Below, in pieces: positions 29,210 through 39,651 of a stretch of DNA of 64,000 nucleotides. Below the pieces are notes generated by a model. That model worked only from the letters and a program-made list of their open reading frames with translations. It made no database searches and had not been told where the DNA came from. How positions within the stretch are numbered: the first letter of the stretch is position 1; every line of letters begins with the position of its first letter. The DNA is from Candidatus Binatia bacterium. Lineage in GTDB: Bacteria > Desulfobacterota > Binatia > Bin18. The DNA is taken from assembly GCA_963664395.2 (NCBI GenBank), contig OY761159.2, positions 928,001-992,000 of the forward strand, read 5' to 3'. The position numbers and the translations under genes are program-made.

Positions 29210-31519
29210 ATGCGAATTAGTCGAGAACTGGAAGTCACGATTAGTCTGGCGATTAACGAGGCACGCCGGCGGCGACATGAGTTTTTGTGTCTGGAACATG
29301 TGCTGCATGCCTTGCTGTTCGATGAGACCGTCGCTGAGATTATTCGGCAATGTGGCGGGGACGTCAAAGAACTCCAAGCTGATCTTGAGGAATTTCTCAA
29401 AGAGAATCTGGAGTCGATGCCGGAGGAGGCGGGTGAGGTTGACCCCCAGCAGACCCTCGCCTTTCATCGCGTATTGCAGCGGGCGGCAGCCCATGTTCAA
29501 TCCGCCAACAAAGAAGTCATTGAGACGCGGAATTTCTTTGTTGCCCTGTTTCGTGAGGACAATAGTCATGCGGTCTATCTCTTGGAGAAGCACGGAGTCA
29601 CCCGGCTTGATGTGCTGAACTTTATCTCGCATGGCATTTCCAAAACTCCGTCCGATGAAGAAGCCGCGCCCGGCTCTGATCCGGGAAGTCCTGACGAAGA
29701 CGACGAGCCACGTCCAGCCAAAGACCCGCTTGAGGCGTTTACCACCAATCTCGTGCAAAAGGCGAAAGACGGGGATATTGATCCGTTGATCGGTCGCGCA
29801 GTCGAGATTGAGCGGACCATTCATGTGTTGTGTCGTCGGCGCAAGAACAACCCGATCTATGTCGGCGATTCCGGTGTTGGCAAGACCGCGATTGCGGACG
29901 GTCTCGCGCTCAAGATTTCCCAGGGCGATGTTCCCGACGTGTTAAAAGAGGCCCACATCTACTCGCTTGATATGGGCTCCGTATTGGCTGGAACAAAATT
30001 CCGGGGCCAGTTTGAAGAACGGCTCAAAGCCGTGCTGAAAGCGCTTGATAAACAGCCTGGGGCGATCCTGTTTATCGATGAAATTCACACCATTGTTGGG
30101 GCAGGTGCAACCAGTGGCGGGTCCATGGATGCCTCGAATATCCTCAAACCGGCGTTGGCTTCCGGAAAGCTGCGCTGTATCGGCGCAACCACCTATCACG
30201 AGTACCGGAGTTATTTTGAGCGGGACCGGGCATTGGCCCGCCGATTCCAAAAAATTGAAGTACACGAGCCGAGCATCGAGGACGCAGTGGAAATTCTGAA
30301 CGGACTCAAGCCCTACTACGAAGAACACCACGGCGTAGAATATACCCATGAGGCCCTCAAGGCCGCAGCCGAACTGTCGGCAAAATACATCAATGATCGT
30401 TTTCTGCCGGACAAAGCGATTGATGTGATTGATGAGGTGGGGGCGTCCTTTCAGATTCGTCCTGCCCCAAAGGAAGACGGCAAGAAAATTATTAATGACA
30501 CCGACGTTGAGTCCATTGTTGCCAAGATCGCCCGTATACCGCCCCGCAGTGTTTCTGTTTCAGACAAGGAACGCTTACAAAGCCTGGATGCGGACCTCAA
30601 GGGGGTAGTCTTTGGCCAGGATACGGCTATTGAAACCTTGGCCCGTGCTATTCGGCTGGCGCGCGCCGGCCTGGGCCAACCCGAAAAGCCGGTCGGTTCA
30701 TTTCTGTTCTCAGGGCCGACCGGAGTTGGCAAAACTGAAGTCGCCAAGCAACTGGCTGAAACCCTGGGCCTCCAATTTCTGCGCTTTGACATGAGTGAGT
30801 ACATGGAGAAGCATACGGTCTCGCGTCTGATTGGTGCGCCTCCGGGATACGTCGGGTTCGATCAAGGTGGACTGCTGACCGACGCGGTGACACGCAATCC
30901 GCATTCGGTCCTGTTACTGGACGAGATCGAGAAGGCTCACCCCGATCTGTTCAATATCTTATTGCAGGTCATGGACCATGCCACCCTGACGGACAACAAC
31001 GGCAAGAAGGCTGACTTCCGACATGTGATTATTATCATGACCAGCAATGCCGGGTCCCGTGAGATGGCGGCACAGGCCATTGGCTTTGGCAATATTTCAA
31101 ATGAGAGCAAAGATCAGCAGGCCATCGAGAAGCTCTTTAACCCGGAATTTCGTAACCGCTTAGATGCGACCGTACACTTTCGCACCTTGCCAATGCAGGC
31201 CATTGAGCGTGTGGTTGAAAAGTTCGTGAAGGAGCTTGTGGAGCAGTTAACCGAACGGAAAGTTTCCATTACGCTGACGCCGGCCGCGTACCGCTATCTG
31301 GCTGAAAAGGGCTATGACAAAACTTTCGGTGCCCGCCCGATGGCCCGCTTGATCCAGACTGAGGTGAAGCAGGTGCTCGCGGATGAGATTCTGTTTGGAC
31401 AGTTGCAAGAAGGGGGCAGCGTCGAAATCGACTTTGATGAGGAAAAGCTGACGTTTTCGTACGAATCGGTAGGCAGCGACGAAGAAGAACCTGCTGAGCC
31501 GGTTGAGACGGTTGAGTAA
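29210..31519 (+). CDS. clpA: ATP-dependent Clp protease ATP-binding subunit ClpA
   Basis: Two AAA+ modules (GDSGVGKT, GPTGVGKT), RLIGAPPGYVG; 769 aa; follows clpS. Confidence 0.95.
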   Translation: MRISRELEVTISLAINEARRRRHEFLCLEHVLHALLFDETVAEIIRQCGGDVKELQADLEEFLKENLESMPEEAGEVDPQQTLAFHRVLQRAAAHVQSANKEVIETRNFFVALFREDNSHAVYLLEKHGVTRLDVLNFISHGISKTPSDEEAAPGSDPGSPDEDDEPRPAKDPLEAFTTNLVQKAKDGDIDPLIGRAVEIERTIHVLCRRRKNNPIYVGDSGVGKTAIADGLALKISQGDVPDVLKEAHIYSLDMGSVLAGTKFRGQFEERLKAVLKALDKQPGAILFIDEIHTIVGAGATSGGSMDASNILKPALASGKLRCIGATTYHEYRSYFERDRALARRFQKIEVHEPSIEDAVEILNGLKPYYEEHHGVEYTHEALKAAAELSAKYINDRFLPDKAIDVIDEVGASFQIRPAPKEDGKKIINDTDVESIVAKIARIPPRSVSVSDKERLQSLDADLKGVVFGQDTAIETLARAIRLARAGLGQPEKPVGSFLFSGPTGVGKTEVAKQLAETLGLQFLRFDMSEYMEKHTVSRLIGAPPGYVGFDQGGLLTDAVTRNPHSVLLLDEIEKAHPDLFNILLQVMDHATLTDNNGKKADFRHVIIIMTSNAGSREMAAQAIGFGNISNESKDQQAIEKLFNPEFRNRLDATVHFRTLPMQAIERVVEKFVKELVEQLTERKVSITLTPAAYRYLAEKGYDKTFGARPMARLIQTEVKQVLADEILFGQLQEGGSVEIDFDEEKLTFSYESVGSDEEEPAEPVETVE

Positions 31520-31564
31520 GCGGCAAGCCCTCATCTCCCCGGTTTCTTTTCGCCTGGCAGCTCG

Positions 31565-32572
31565 CTAGTGGGCCTTGCTGAGAACGACACAGAGTCCCTG
31601 CACCGGTGTACCCTTGTCAATGCGCATCGTGACCGCTTCAAGAGAACTGACGGTGAATCCGCACTGCGTCGCTCGCTTTGCCAGGTAGGTCCGGCCGTGC
31701 ATATAGTAGCCGGAGCTGTTCACGCTCAGCTCCTGAGCCGGGTTGTCTTCGGCCGTAAAAACGAACAAGCCCGAGTCCCGGAGTGCTCTGAACGCAGCCT
31801 GGAAAACGTGACGTGGGTCGCCGATATGCTCAAACACGCCCGCGGCAACGATCACATCGTAACACCGGGCTCTTTGCTCCATGAAGGGGTAGAGGTCGGC
31901 AACTTCCAGCGCATCATAGATATTGCGCTCTTGCGCCTTGGCGAGCATCTGGGGTGATACGTCCACACCATCGAGGCGTTTTGCCAGCGAACGCACTGTC
32001 TGGCCGCACAAGCCGGTTCCGCAGCCCAGGTCAAGAATAGAGACTTTTTCCTGGCAGTGCCGCTGCACTGCCGCCCGGATAAGCTGCGGACACTGGTAGT
32101 GCAGACTGCTGACTAGCTTCTGATCGTATGAGGCCGCGTAGGTGTCGTAGAAGCGTGTAATATAGGCTGGTGCCGGTCGTTCCGGGACCGCTTCTGCGCC
32201 CGTATAGGCGAGCAGCATCCTGGCCCCCATGTGATCCTCCGGCACCAGGCGCAGATAGTGGCGCAGGTGCAGCGTAGCCCGTTGCAAATCATTGCCCGAG
32301 ATGAAGAGCCGACTGAGATAGGCGTGGGCAACAGGCTCATCGGGTTGGATGGCCAAGACGCGCTGAAAGCTCCGGATGGCTTCCGGGTCGCGGCCTGTTT
32401 TCATCAAAGCCAGGGCCAATTCGAGATAGGTGCGGAGGATAGCCGATATGAGGTCTGCGGCCCCTGGAGTCTGCGGGTCCTCTTGGAGTGCCTGCACGTA
32501 GAGTCCGAGGGCTTGGTCCAACTGACCGTTGATATGATGTTCGATTGCCTGGTCGATACTGCTCGCAGCCAT
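31565..32572 (-). CDS. TPR-repeat class I SAM-dependent methyltransferase
   Basis: N-terminal TPR-like helices; ILDLGCGTG. Confidence 0.85.
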   Translation of the reverse strand: MAASSIDQAIEHHINGQLDQALGLYVQALQEDPQTPGAADLISAILRTYLELALALMKTGRDPEAIRSFQRVLAIQPDEPVAHAYLSRLFISGNDLQRATLHLRHYLRLVPEDHMGARMLLAYTGAEAVPERPAPAYITRFYDTYAASYDQKLVSSLHYQCPQLIRAAVQRHCQEKVSILDLGCGTGLCGQTVRSLAKRLDGVDVSPQMLAKAQERNIYDALEVADLYPFMEQRARCYDVIVAAGVFEHIGDPRHVFQAAFRALRDSGLFVFTAEDNPAQELSVNSSGYYMHGRTYLAKRATQCGFTVSSLEAVTMRIDKGTPVQGLCVVLSKAH

Positions 32573-32633
32573 GCATTACTCCGAGTGGATAAGAAGGCAG
32601 GACGTTATCGAAGGTCTTCCTTGCGAGACCGAC

Positions 32634-32936
32634 TCAGGCAACAGCCCTGAAGGGGCGTATTTCTCGGGCGATTTGGTCGCCAATTTCGTCCTCAGCTACA
32701 TCCATGTCGTACCGACTCTGAAGGTTCAACCAGTAACGTGGACTTTGCTTGAAGTAGCGTCCCAAGCGTAAGGCGAGTTCTGCCGTCACCGGTCGTTTCC
32801 CGTGGACAAGATAGTTAATCCGCATTGCGGGTACCCCGATATCTCGCGCAAGGCGGTATTGAGTCAGGCCGACCTCGTCCAATAGTTCTTTGAGGTAGAC
32901 ACCCGGATGTATCGGGTCGAGACGTGCTTTGGCCAT
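32634..32936 (-). CDS. higA: HigA family antitoxin
   Basis: IHPGVYL..ALRLGRYF..WLNLQSRYD. Confidence 0.92.
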   Translation of the reverse strand: MAKARLDPIHPGVYLKELLDEVGLTQYRLARDIGVPAMRINYLVHGKRPVTAELALRLGRYFKQSPRYWLNLQSRYDMDVAEDEIGDQIAREIRPFRAVA

Positions 32937-32945
32937 GTTGCCTCC

Positions 32946-33135
32946 TCAGTGGTAATCCACGATTTCAACGTGCTCAGCATGTCCAGCGTGCCATACAAAG
33001 CAGATGCGCCATTGGGCATTAATACAAACGCTGTGTTGCCCTTTTCGGTTCCCTTTCAAGGCTTCTAGTCGATTCGAAGGGGGAAGACGTAAGTCCTCCA
33101 GGCTGAGGGCGGCATCGATTGCGTTGAGTTTCGCA
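32946..33135 (-). pseudogene. higB: HigB toxin, 5'-truncated
   Basis: KLNAIDAA..PPSNRLEALKG..QWRICFVW..EIVDYH; the N-terminal third is absent. Confidence 0.8.
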
Positions 33136-33190
33136 ACGTGCAAGGCCCCTGACTCGCTTCGCTCGTAGGGAATTGCCGTGCGGTATCATC

Positions 33191-34704
33191 CTACTCACCG
33201 GCGCCCAGCAGATATCCTGTAGTAAGGCCCTTATCCTTGAACCACTGCTTTAACGTGCTTTTATTTCCAGCGAGGGAGTTATCAATGTCACTGTTTGCTG
33301 GGGCGGACCACATTTGCCACTCAAGCAAGCGTAAGACGATAGCCTTGATCTTCTGAAAGTCTGTATCGGATAACTCCCTATAGAAGGGCATCTCACGGTC
33401 GTCGGCGTCTTCCAGTTCTATCTTGGCACAAACGGCGTCCCGCAGAAGTTCGGCCCAAGCCATGATTGACTTCGATGAGAAGACACGATTTAGCTTGACC
33501 TGACTGGTGTCATCGCGGGATGCCGGATTCCAGTTTGTAAGGCCTAACTCCCACAGTATGTTTAGAAGTCGAATATTGTTCTCGAATTCGTACTCTCGTT
33601 TGTACGCATCGGAAGCCATGTCGTCATCGACAGGATTAGTGTATAGAAAGCACTTAAACAGGGACTTGGATAGCATATCAACGGTCAATGGTTGGCTACT
33701 TGAGCTTCTATTGCTTGTAGAGACAAATTTTCGAGCCTCATTCTTCTCGTCTTCAAGGATTGAGTTGTACAGATAGCTCCTGAACCGCTTGTTACGCTCC
33801 GCGCGAGTTAATTCAGCCGCATGAACCGCCTCTAGATATCGAAGGAAGCCACTCTCGCTTTTCGATTGCTCGTCCTCGATCCGTCTGTACTCTTCGAAGT
33901 CCTTGCCGAATTGACTGCCCAGCTTCAAAATCATCACCGAAGAGAAGAACCGTGTCTGTGCAAACTTGTCGTGAGCGGCAATGTTCGTCTGGTTCAGCAA
34001 CCGAACCTCTGGGTCCAAGTATATCTTGCAGTCAATCTCCTCTCGACCATTCCAAAGCAACGCAGCCGTCTTGTGCTGACCATCGAAGAGCAGTATTCGC
34101 GTTCCGTTGAATCGGCCAAGGGACGGCTGTAGCACAGGATATATTTGGAAGTGTCGGTAGAGTTCGAAAACCTTATCGAAGATCAGAAAGCGGGGTTGCA
34201 GGCCAAACTGATGCCCCTCATCATCGTCGCTATTGATGAGCGATATCGGTAGGGTCGCATAGAGAAATACTGCCACCCGGTCTGTTCGCACGTGTGTAGC
34301 GGATGTGAGGATTTGTGGTTATAGGACTCGATCATGATTTGGCCGTCTGATTGTTCGACATTGACAGCCTGGCCGAAGACTTCGATATCTTTTCGTTCCT
34401 TTAGGTGCTTAAGCAGGTCTTGCAGAGTAAGTCGGTCGCCATGCCGGAAGAAATCCTCCAGATGTAGCTTCGTACGGAAATCCTTCAGAGGAAGGGTGCC
34501 TTTCGCCTTGTTATGCTGTTCGCACATAGGCGCAATGTTGTCGAGTTCACTAGGACCCCCACGCGAGAAGGCCACGATATGGTCGAAGTGTATTGCTTCC
34601 GACTCAGGAATAGTATGACCTGTTGCAAAGCACTTCCGTCCATGCCGACTTAGGATAATCTTCTTCTCATCGTCGCCAATCTGACGCTTGAGCGTTATCG
34701 CCAT
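33191..34704 (-). CDS. HNH endonuclease fused to a DGQH-type (ParB/Srx-like) domain; 2-bp frameshift near 34262
   Basis: ATG 34704 with GGAGA RBS; HFDHIVAFSRGG..NIAPMCEQHNKAKG; second frame GLQPR, LLFDGQHK; removing one TC from TTCTCTAT gives a 503-aa frame. Confidence 0.72.
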
Positions 34705-34897
34705 CTTTTGTCTCCTATGCTTAGAATAACTGCATTTATATCCCGTCGTACTGTATACTCCTAGGCCACTACAATTCGGTACGTGAGTATAGGTCATCAT
34801 CAAGCTTACGTATCGATGGCTGGGCAACTCATAACGGCTGGACCTCTGCCCGCTATCCCGATATGCATGCGGCATTATGCTCGAAGAGGAGAATCGA

Positions 34898-35956
34898 ATG
34901 GATTTTGGGGTGACCTTTCCGGCGCGTGTCGGCGATTTTGAACTGGTCGAACTGGCCGAGCGGCTGGGCTATAGCCAAGCCTGGTTTTATGATTCGCAGA
35001 TGATCTATTCGGACGTCTATGCGACTATGGCCCTGGCCGCGCATAAGACCTCCACGATTCGACTCGGAACCGGGGTGGCCGTGCCGACTACGCGCTTGGC
35101 CCCGACAATCGCGCATTCGATTGCGACTATCAACCAACTCGCTCCTGGCCGGGTTGAATTAGGAGTAGGCACCGGAAACACCGCCCGACTGACGATGGGC
35201 CTGCGACCTATCACGCTAACGCGCATGAAAAAGGAAGTGCGCTTGATCCAGACCCTGCTGGCCGGTGAGACGGGAACGTTACAGGAAGAGGGCGAAGCGC
35301 ATGCTGTTCGTTTTCTGCATCCGCACCGAAGTTATATCAACCTCAAAGATCACGTCACGGTCAGCATCTCTGCCTTGGGTCCAAAGACCTTGGAGTACTG
35401 TGGCTCGGAATCGGACGGCCATATCACCTGGGGCATAGACCCGGAGGGTATGCGGGCGGCACGTACAATTATTGATGAAGCTGCCCACAAGCGTGGGAAA
35501 ACGCCCGGCGACGTTCCCTCAAAATGTTTCTTCCCAACCGCGGTGCTCTCTCCTGGTGAAACAACCGCAACACCGCGCATCATGAGCCTCGTTGCCCCGT
35601 TCATCATGAATTTCCTGCATGTCCAGGTCGAGTGGGGAACCGCCCTGCTGCCGCCCATTCCGGCAGTAGCCGAGTGGGTCGAGCGGTATAAAAAATATGC
35701 CGCGGGGCTGCCCGCGGACACACGTCATCTCACGCTGCACGAAGGTCATATCATTTATCCGCGCGAGGATGAGAAAGAATTTATCGTTCCGGAGCTCGCC
35801 GACGTGGTTGCCATCATTGGCCAGCCGGACGAGATTATTGCGCGCATCCACGCCCTCGAAGATGCCGGTCTGCCGCATTTTGCCTTTCAGGTCATGGACG
35901 ACGACCCGGTCCGGCAAATGACCGACTTTGCCGAAAAGGTGATGGCCAAGTACTAA
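34898..35956 (+). CDS. LLM-class flavin/F420-dependent oxidoreductase
   Basis: AERLGYSQAWFYDSQ, IRLGTGV, APGRVELGVGTG. Confidence 0.9.
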   Translation: MDFGVTFPARVGDFELVELAERLGYSQAWFYDSQMIYSDVYATMALAAHKTSTIRLGTGVAVPTTRLAPTIAHSIATINQLAPGRVELGVGTGNTARLTMGLRPITLTRMKKEVRLIQTLLAGETGTLQEEGEAHAVRFLHPHRSYINLKDHVTVSISALGPKTLEYCGSESDGHITWGIDPEGMRAARTIIDEAAHKRGKTPGDVPSKCFFPTAVLSPGETTATPRIMSLVAPFIMNFLHVQVEWGTALLPPIPAVAEWVERYKKYAAGLPADTRHLTLHEGHIIYPREDEKEFIVPELADVVAIIGQPDEIIARIHALEDAGLPHFAFQVMDDDPVRQMTDFAEKVMAKY

Positions 35957-35988
35957 AAAGAGAGCGTGTAGCTGGCCTCTCTATTAAT

Positions 35989-36457
<469 letters not shown>

Positions 36458-36506
36458 CTAACATTGCTACGATGAGGATATTCCAGGCCAAAAGAGGAGG
36501 GATGGT

Positions 36507-36923
36507 ATGGCTTCGTTCATGGGATCGTTCGGGGGGCAGACGTATGCGCTTATGCGTATCGTCTTTGGATTTACGTTTCTCTGCCACGGAACACAAAAGC
36601 TGTTGGGATTTCCCTTGCCGCCGCCGGAAGCACCCGCGTTTATCATCTATGGCGCGGGGACTATTGAGTTGGTCGGCGGGGCACTGGTGATGATCGGGCT
36701 GATGACCGGTTGGGCAGCCTTTGTGTGTAGTGGCCTTATGGCAGCCGCCTATTGGATGGCCCACGGCATGAATGCGCTTCTGCCGATTCAGAATCAGGGC
36801 GAGCTGGCAGTTGTGTACTGTTTTGTCTTTTTGTTTATCTCCGCGCATGGTGCCGGCATGTGGAGTGTCGATGCCGGGCGGAGCAGTGCCGTGTCTACGG
36901 AACCGTCGGTCGATTCGGCCTGA
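36507..36923 (+). CDS. DoxX family membrane protein
   Basis: RIVFG..HGTQKL, ELVGG, GAGMWSVD. Confidence 0.9.
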   Translation: MASFMGSFGGQTYALMRIVFGFTFLCHGTQKLLGFPLPPPEAPAFIIYGAGTIELVGGALVMIGLMTGWAAFVCSGLMAAAYWMAHGMNALLPIQNQGELAVVYCFVFLFISAHGAGMWSVDAGRSSAVSTEPSVDSA

Positions 36924-36996
36924 TCCTTGGCGACCTGAACATCCCTGGGATTGCGGCCAGATTTCTTATTCTGGCCGCCGCCTGCTTTTAGTTTTT

Positions 36997-37022
36997 GCGG
37001 GCTGGAAGCCCGCACTCCCAGA
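36997..37022 (+). repeat. REP-like palindrome
   Basis: GCGGGCT-GGA-AGCCCGC followed by ACTCCCAG. Confidence 0.5.
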
Positions 37023-37148
37023 CCGGGGCTGTCCCTGCAAGAGGGGAGTCGCCCAGGGCAGGCCGGACTCTACCCGAGTCCGATGATTCCTGGTAAATTA
37101 ATCGGCCTGAAATCGTCACCCTGCGAACAGAAATTGGAGTGTATTGTT

Positions 37149-37691
37149 ATGGCTGAGCTGACTGAATCCGACGTTGCCTATGCGTCGCATGTACAAGTTG
37201 CTGAGAATCGTTTTCGAGAACGCTACGGACTCGACTTTGAGGACTTCCGGGTCGGACAGGTTTTCAAACATCGGCCCGGTTTGACTATTACCCAACAGGA
37301 CAACCTCGAAGAATCGTTCGATACGCTCAACCAGGCCATGATCCATTTTGATGCCCACTACGCCTCCAAGACCGAGTGGAAAAAACCTCTGGTCGTCAGC
37401 ACGCTGACCCTGCAACGCCTGATTGGCATGACCTGGAAAACGTTTTTCAAGAAAACGCGCATCCTTGGCTGGTCGGCGCTCAATATGACGGCTCCGGTCT
37501 TTGGTGGAGACACGCTCTATGCCGAGACGGAGATTACCGCCAAGGAGGACGTTGAGGGCGATGCCGCGTGTGGCAAGCTCACGGTCGAAACCAGAGGGAT
37601 GAACCAGGATGGGAAGCTCGTGTGTACCATGGGCTACGATATGCTGGTGTATAAACGTGACGCTGTGCCATTTGCAGACGCAAATTACTAG
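37149..37691 (+). CDS. MaoC family dehydratase
   Basis: GLDFEDFRVGQVFKHRPG, IHFDAHYA, APVFGGDTLYAE. Confidence 0.85.
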   Translation: MAELTESDVAYASHVQVAENRFRERYGLDFEDFRVGQVFKHRPGLTITQQDNLEESFDTLNQAMIHFDAHYASKTEWKKPLVVSTLTLQRLIGMTWKTFFKKTRILGWSALNMTAPVFGGDTLYAETEITAKEDVEGDAACGKLTVETRGMNQDGKLVCTMGYDMLVYKRDAVPFADANY

Positions 37692-37708
37692 ACCGAAGGT
37701 AAACCACC

Positions 37709-38230
37709 ATGAGTCAGTTTCATTCGCACCGAAAACTTGAAGACAATGTTTTTATGGAGATCGCGGGCATCGAGTTTGAAGACTTTGCAGTCGGCCAAAT
37801 CTTTGAACACCGACCGGGACGAACGTTTACGGCTGAGGAAAATCGGCAACACACCTTTCGATCGGCCGACCTCTCAGCCCGTACCGCCGACGCGGTGTAT
37901 AATCACAAGGTCTATGGCGGCGAAAACGTAATCAGCGAAACCCTGGTGCTGAGTGCGGTCACCGCCATGACAACGAAAACGTTTAATAAGGTCGTGGCCA
38001 ACCTCGGCTGGACAGATGTCAAACTGCCGACTCCGGTGAAAGCCGGTGATACGATCTATGCCGAGTCCGAACTGCTCGACAAACGGGAATCGCGCTCCCG
38101 CCCGGCTCAGGCCGTTCTGCACGTCCGGACCAGGGCGGTCAATCAAGACAGTCAGGAAGTCTGCTCGTTCGAGCGGAAACTCCTGATCTATAAACGCGGT
38201 CTGGGACCGTACGAAGACGCAGGCTATTAG
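37709..38230 (+). CDS. MaoC family dehydratase
   Basis: FEDFAVGQIFEHRPGRT, ANLGW, GDTIYAESE..RESRSRP. Confidence 0.85.
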   Translation: MSQFHSHRKLEDNVFMEIAGIEFEDFAVGQIFEHRPGRTFTAEENRQHTFRSADLSARTADAVYNHKVYGGENVISETLVLSAVTAMTTKTFNKVVANLGWTDVKLPTPVKAGDTIYAESELLDKRESRSRPAQAVLHVRTRAVNQDSQEVCSFERKLLIYKRGLGPYEDAGY

Positions 38231-38246
38231 GAAGAGGTGTCCCCAC

Positions 38247-38654
38247 ATGAATACCCTTGAAGAAGGCAAAGCGCTCAGCCTCGATTTTAAGAAGTTGCGC
38301 AAGGTCGCCGAAACCGACCAGGATGTCATCCCGGTCGTCTTGCAACACGCCGAGAATGGCGAGGTGCTGTTTATCGGCTATGCGAATGACCTGGCACTCC
38401 GGGAGACGTTCTCAACCCGACAGGCTGTGTTGTGGTCCACCTCGCGCAACGAGTTATGGCGCAAGGGCGCCACCTCGGGCGATGTGCTTGATCTGATCGA
38501 CGTCCGCGTCAACTGTGAACAGAATTCCGTGCTGTACCGCGTCATCCCCCGTAAAGGCGGCGTGTGTCATACCAAAGACGCCACCGGTCAGGCCCGCCAG
38601 ACGTGTTATTACCGCTCTACCACAGCCATGGACCGGGAGCTCGAATTCGTTTGA
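38247..38654 (+). CDS. hisI: Phosphoribosyl-AMP cyclohydrolase
   Basis: WSTSRNELWRKGATSG, NCEQNS, VCHT..TCYYR. Confidence 0.85.
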   Translation: MNTLEEGKALSLDFKKLRKVAETDQDVIPVVLQHAENGEVLFIGYANDLALRETFSTRQAVLWSTSRNELWRKGATSGDVLDLIDVRVNCEQNSVLYRVIPRKGGVCHTKDATGQARQTCYYRSTTAMDRELEFV

Positions 38655-38682
38655 TCCCCTTTGACCTGGAAGGAGCGAACGC

Positions 38683-39534
38683 ATGAAACTTGGCATTTTC
38701 AGTTTTAATACCGAATACACCATGCCGGCGGCAGAGTTGGCGGTCGCCTGCGAGGAGCGCGGATTTGAGTCCCTGTGGGTGCCCGAACACACCCATATTC
38801 CGGCCAGCCGGGAAACCCCCTGGCCGGCCGGCGGCCCGCTGCCCAAAGAATATATTCACATGTCCGACCCGTTCTCGAGTCTGGCCGCGGCTGCGGCCGT
38901 GACCGAGAAAATCCTGTTGGGTACTGGCGTCTCGCTGGTCATCGAGCACGAGCCCTTGTACCAGGCCAAGCAGGTGGCAACCCTGGACCGCATCTCCAAC
39001 GGTCGCTTCCTGTTCGGCGTGGGTGCCGGCTGGATTCGGGAAGAGATGCAGAACCACGGCACACCACCCAACCGGCGCTGGCAGGTCTTCAAAGAGCATA
39101 TCGAGGCTATGAAAGCCCTGTGGACTCAAGAAGAAGCCTCCTACCACGGTGAGTTCGTGAACTTCGACCGGGTCTGGTCCTACCCCAAGCCGCTGACCGT
39201 ACCGCATCCGCCCATCATTCTGGGCAGCATGAGCTCCAAGCTGGGCCGGCAGCGCGTAGCCGATCACTGCGACGGTTGGCTGCCCATCGAGACCCTGATT
39301 GACGACTGGCCGGCCGCCCTGGCCGATCTGAACGAACGTGCAGAAAAAGCCGGGCGCGCTCCGGGCTCCATTCCCATCTCGTTCTTCTGCATCGACACCC
39401 CGGACGAGCAACGCCTGGGGCGCTACCGGGATATGGGAGCCGTCCGCACCGCAGTGCGCATTCCGACCGAAGGCCGCGAGGTCATTCTGCCCTTCCTGGA
39501 CAAGTATGCCGAGATTGCGCAGCGCTTGGTGTGA
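38683..39534 (+). CDS. LLM-class F420-dependent oxidoreductase
   Basis: GFESLWVPEHTHIP, GRFLFGVGAGW. Confidence 0.9.
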   Translation: MKLGIFSFNTEYTMPAAELAVACEERGFESLWVPEHTHIPASRETPWPAGGPLPKEYIHMSDPFSSLAAAAAVTEKILLGTGVSLVIEHEPLYQAKQVATLDRISNGRFLFGVGAGWIREEMQNHGTPPNRRWQVFKEHIEAMKALWTQEEASYHGEFVNFDRVWSYPKPLTVPHPPIILGSMSSKLGRQRVADHCDGWLPIETLIDDWPAALADLNERAEKAGRAPGSIPISFFCIDTPDEQRLGRYRDMGAVRTAVRIPTEGREVILPFLDKYAEIAQRLV

Positions 39535-39651
39535 GATAGGCTGATCCTCTAGGATAAGAGTCCCAAAACTCTTGCCGCAGCGGACCGTGTAGGTTAGAAA
39601 TGACACAGTCAAGTTTCAACTCGTAACACAGAAAAACGGAGGGAGTGCATA

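Noticed and set aside
33140-33190. GACTCGCTTCGCTCG segment as a possible integron attC site
   Set aside because: No RYYYAAC...GTTRRRY boxes or extended imperfect palindrome, and no integrase in the window
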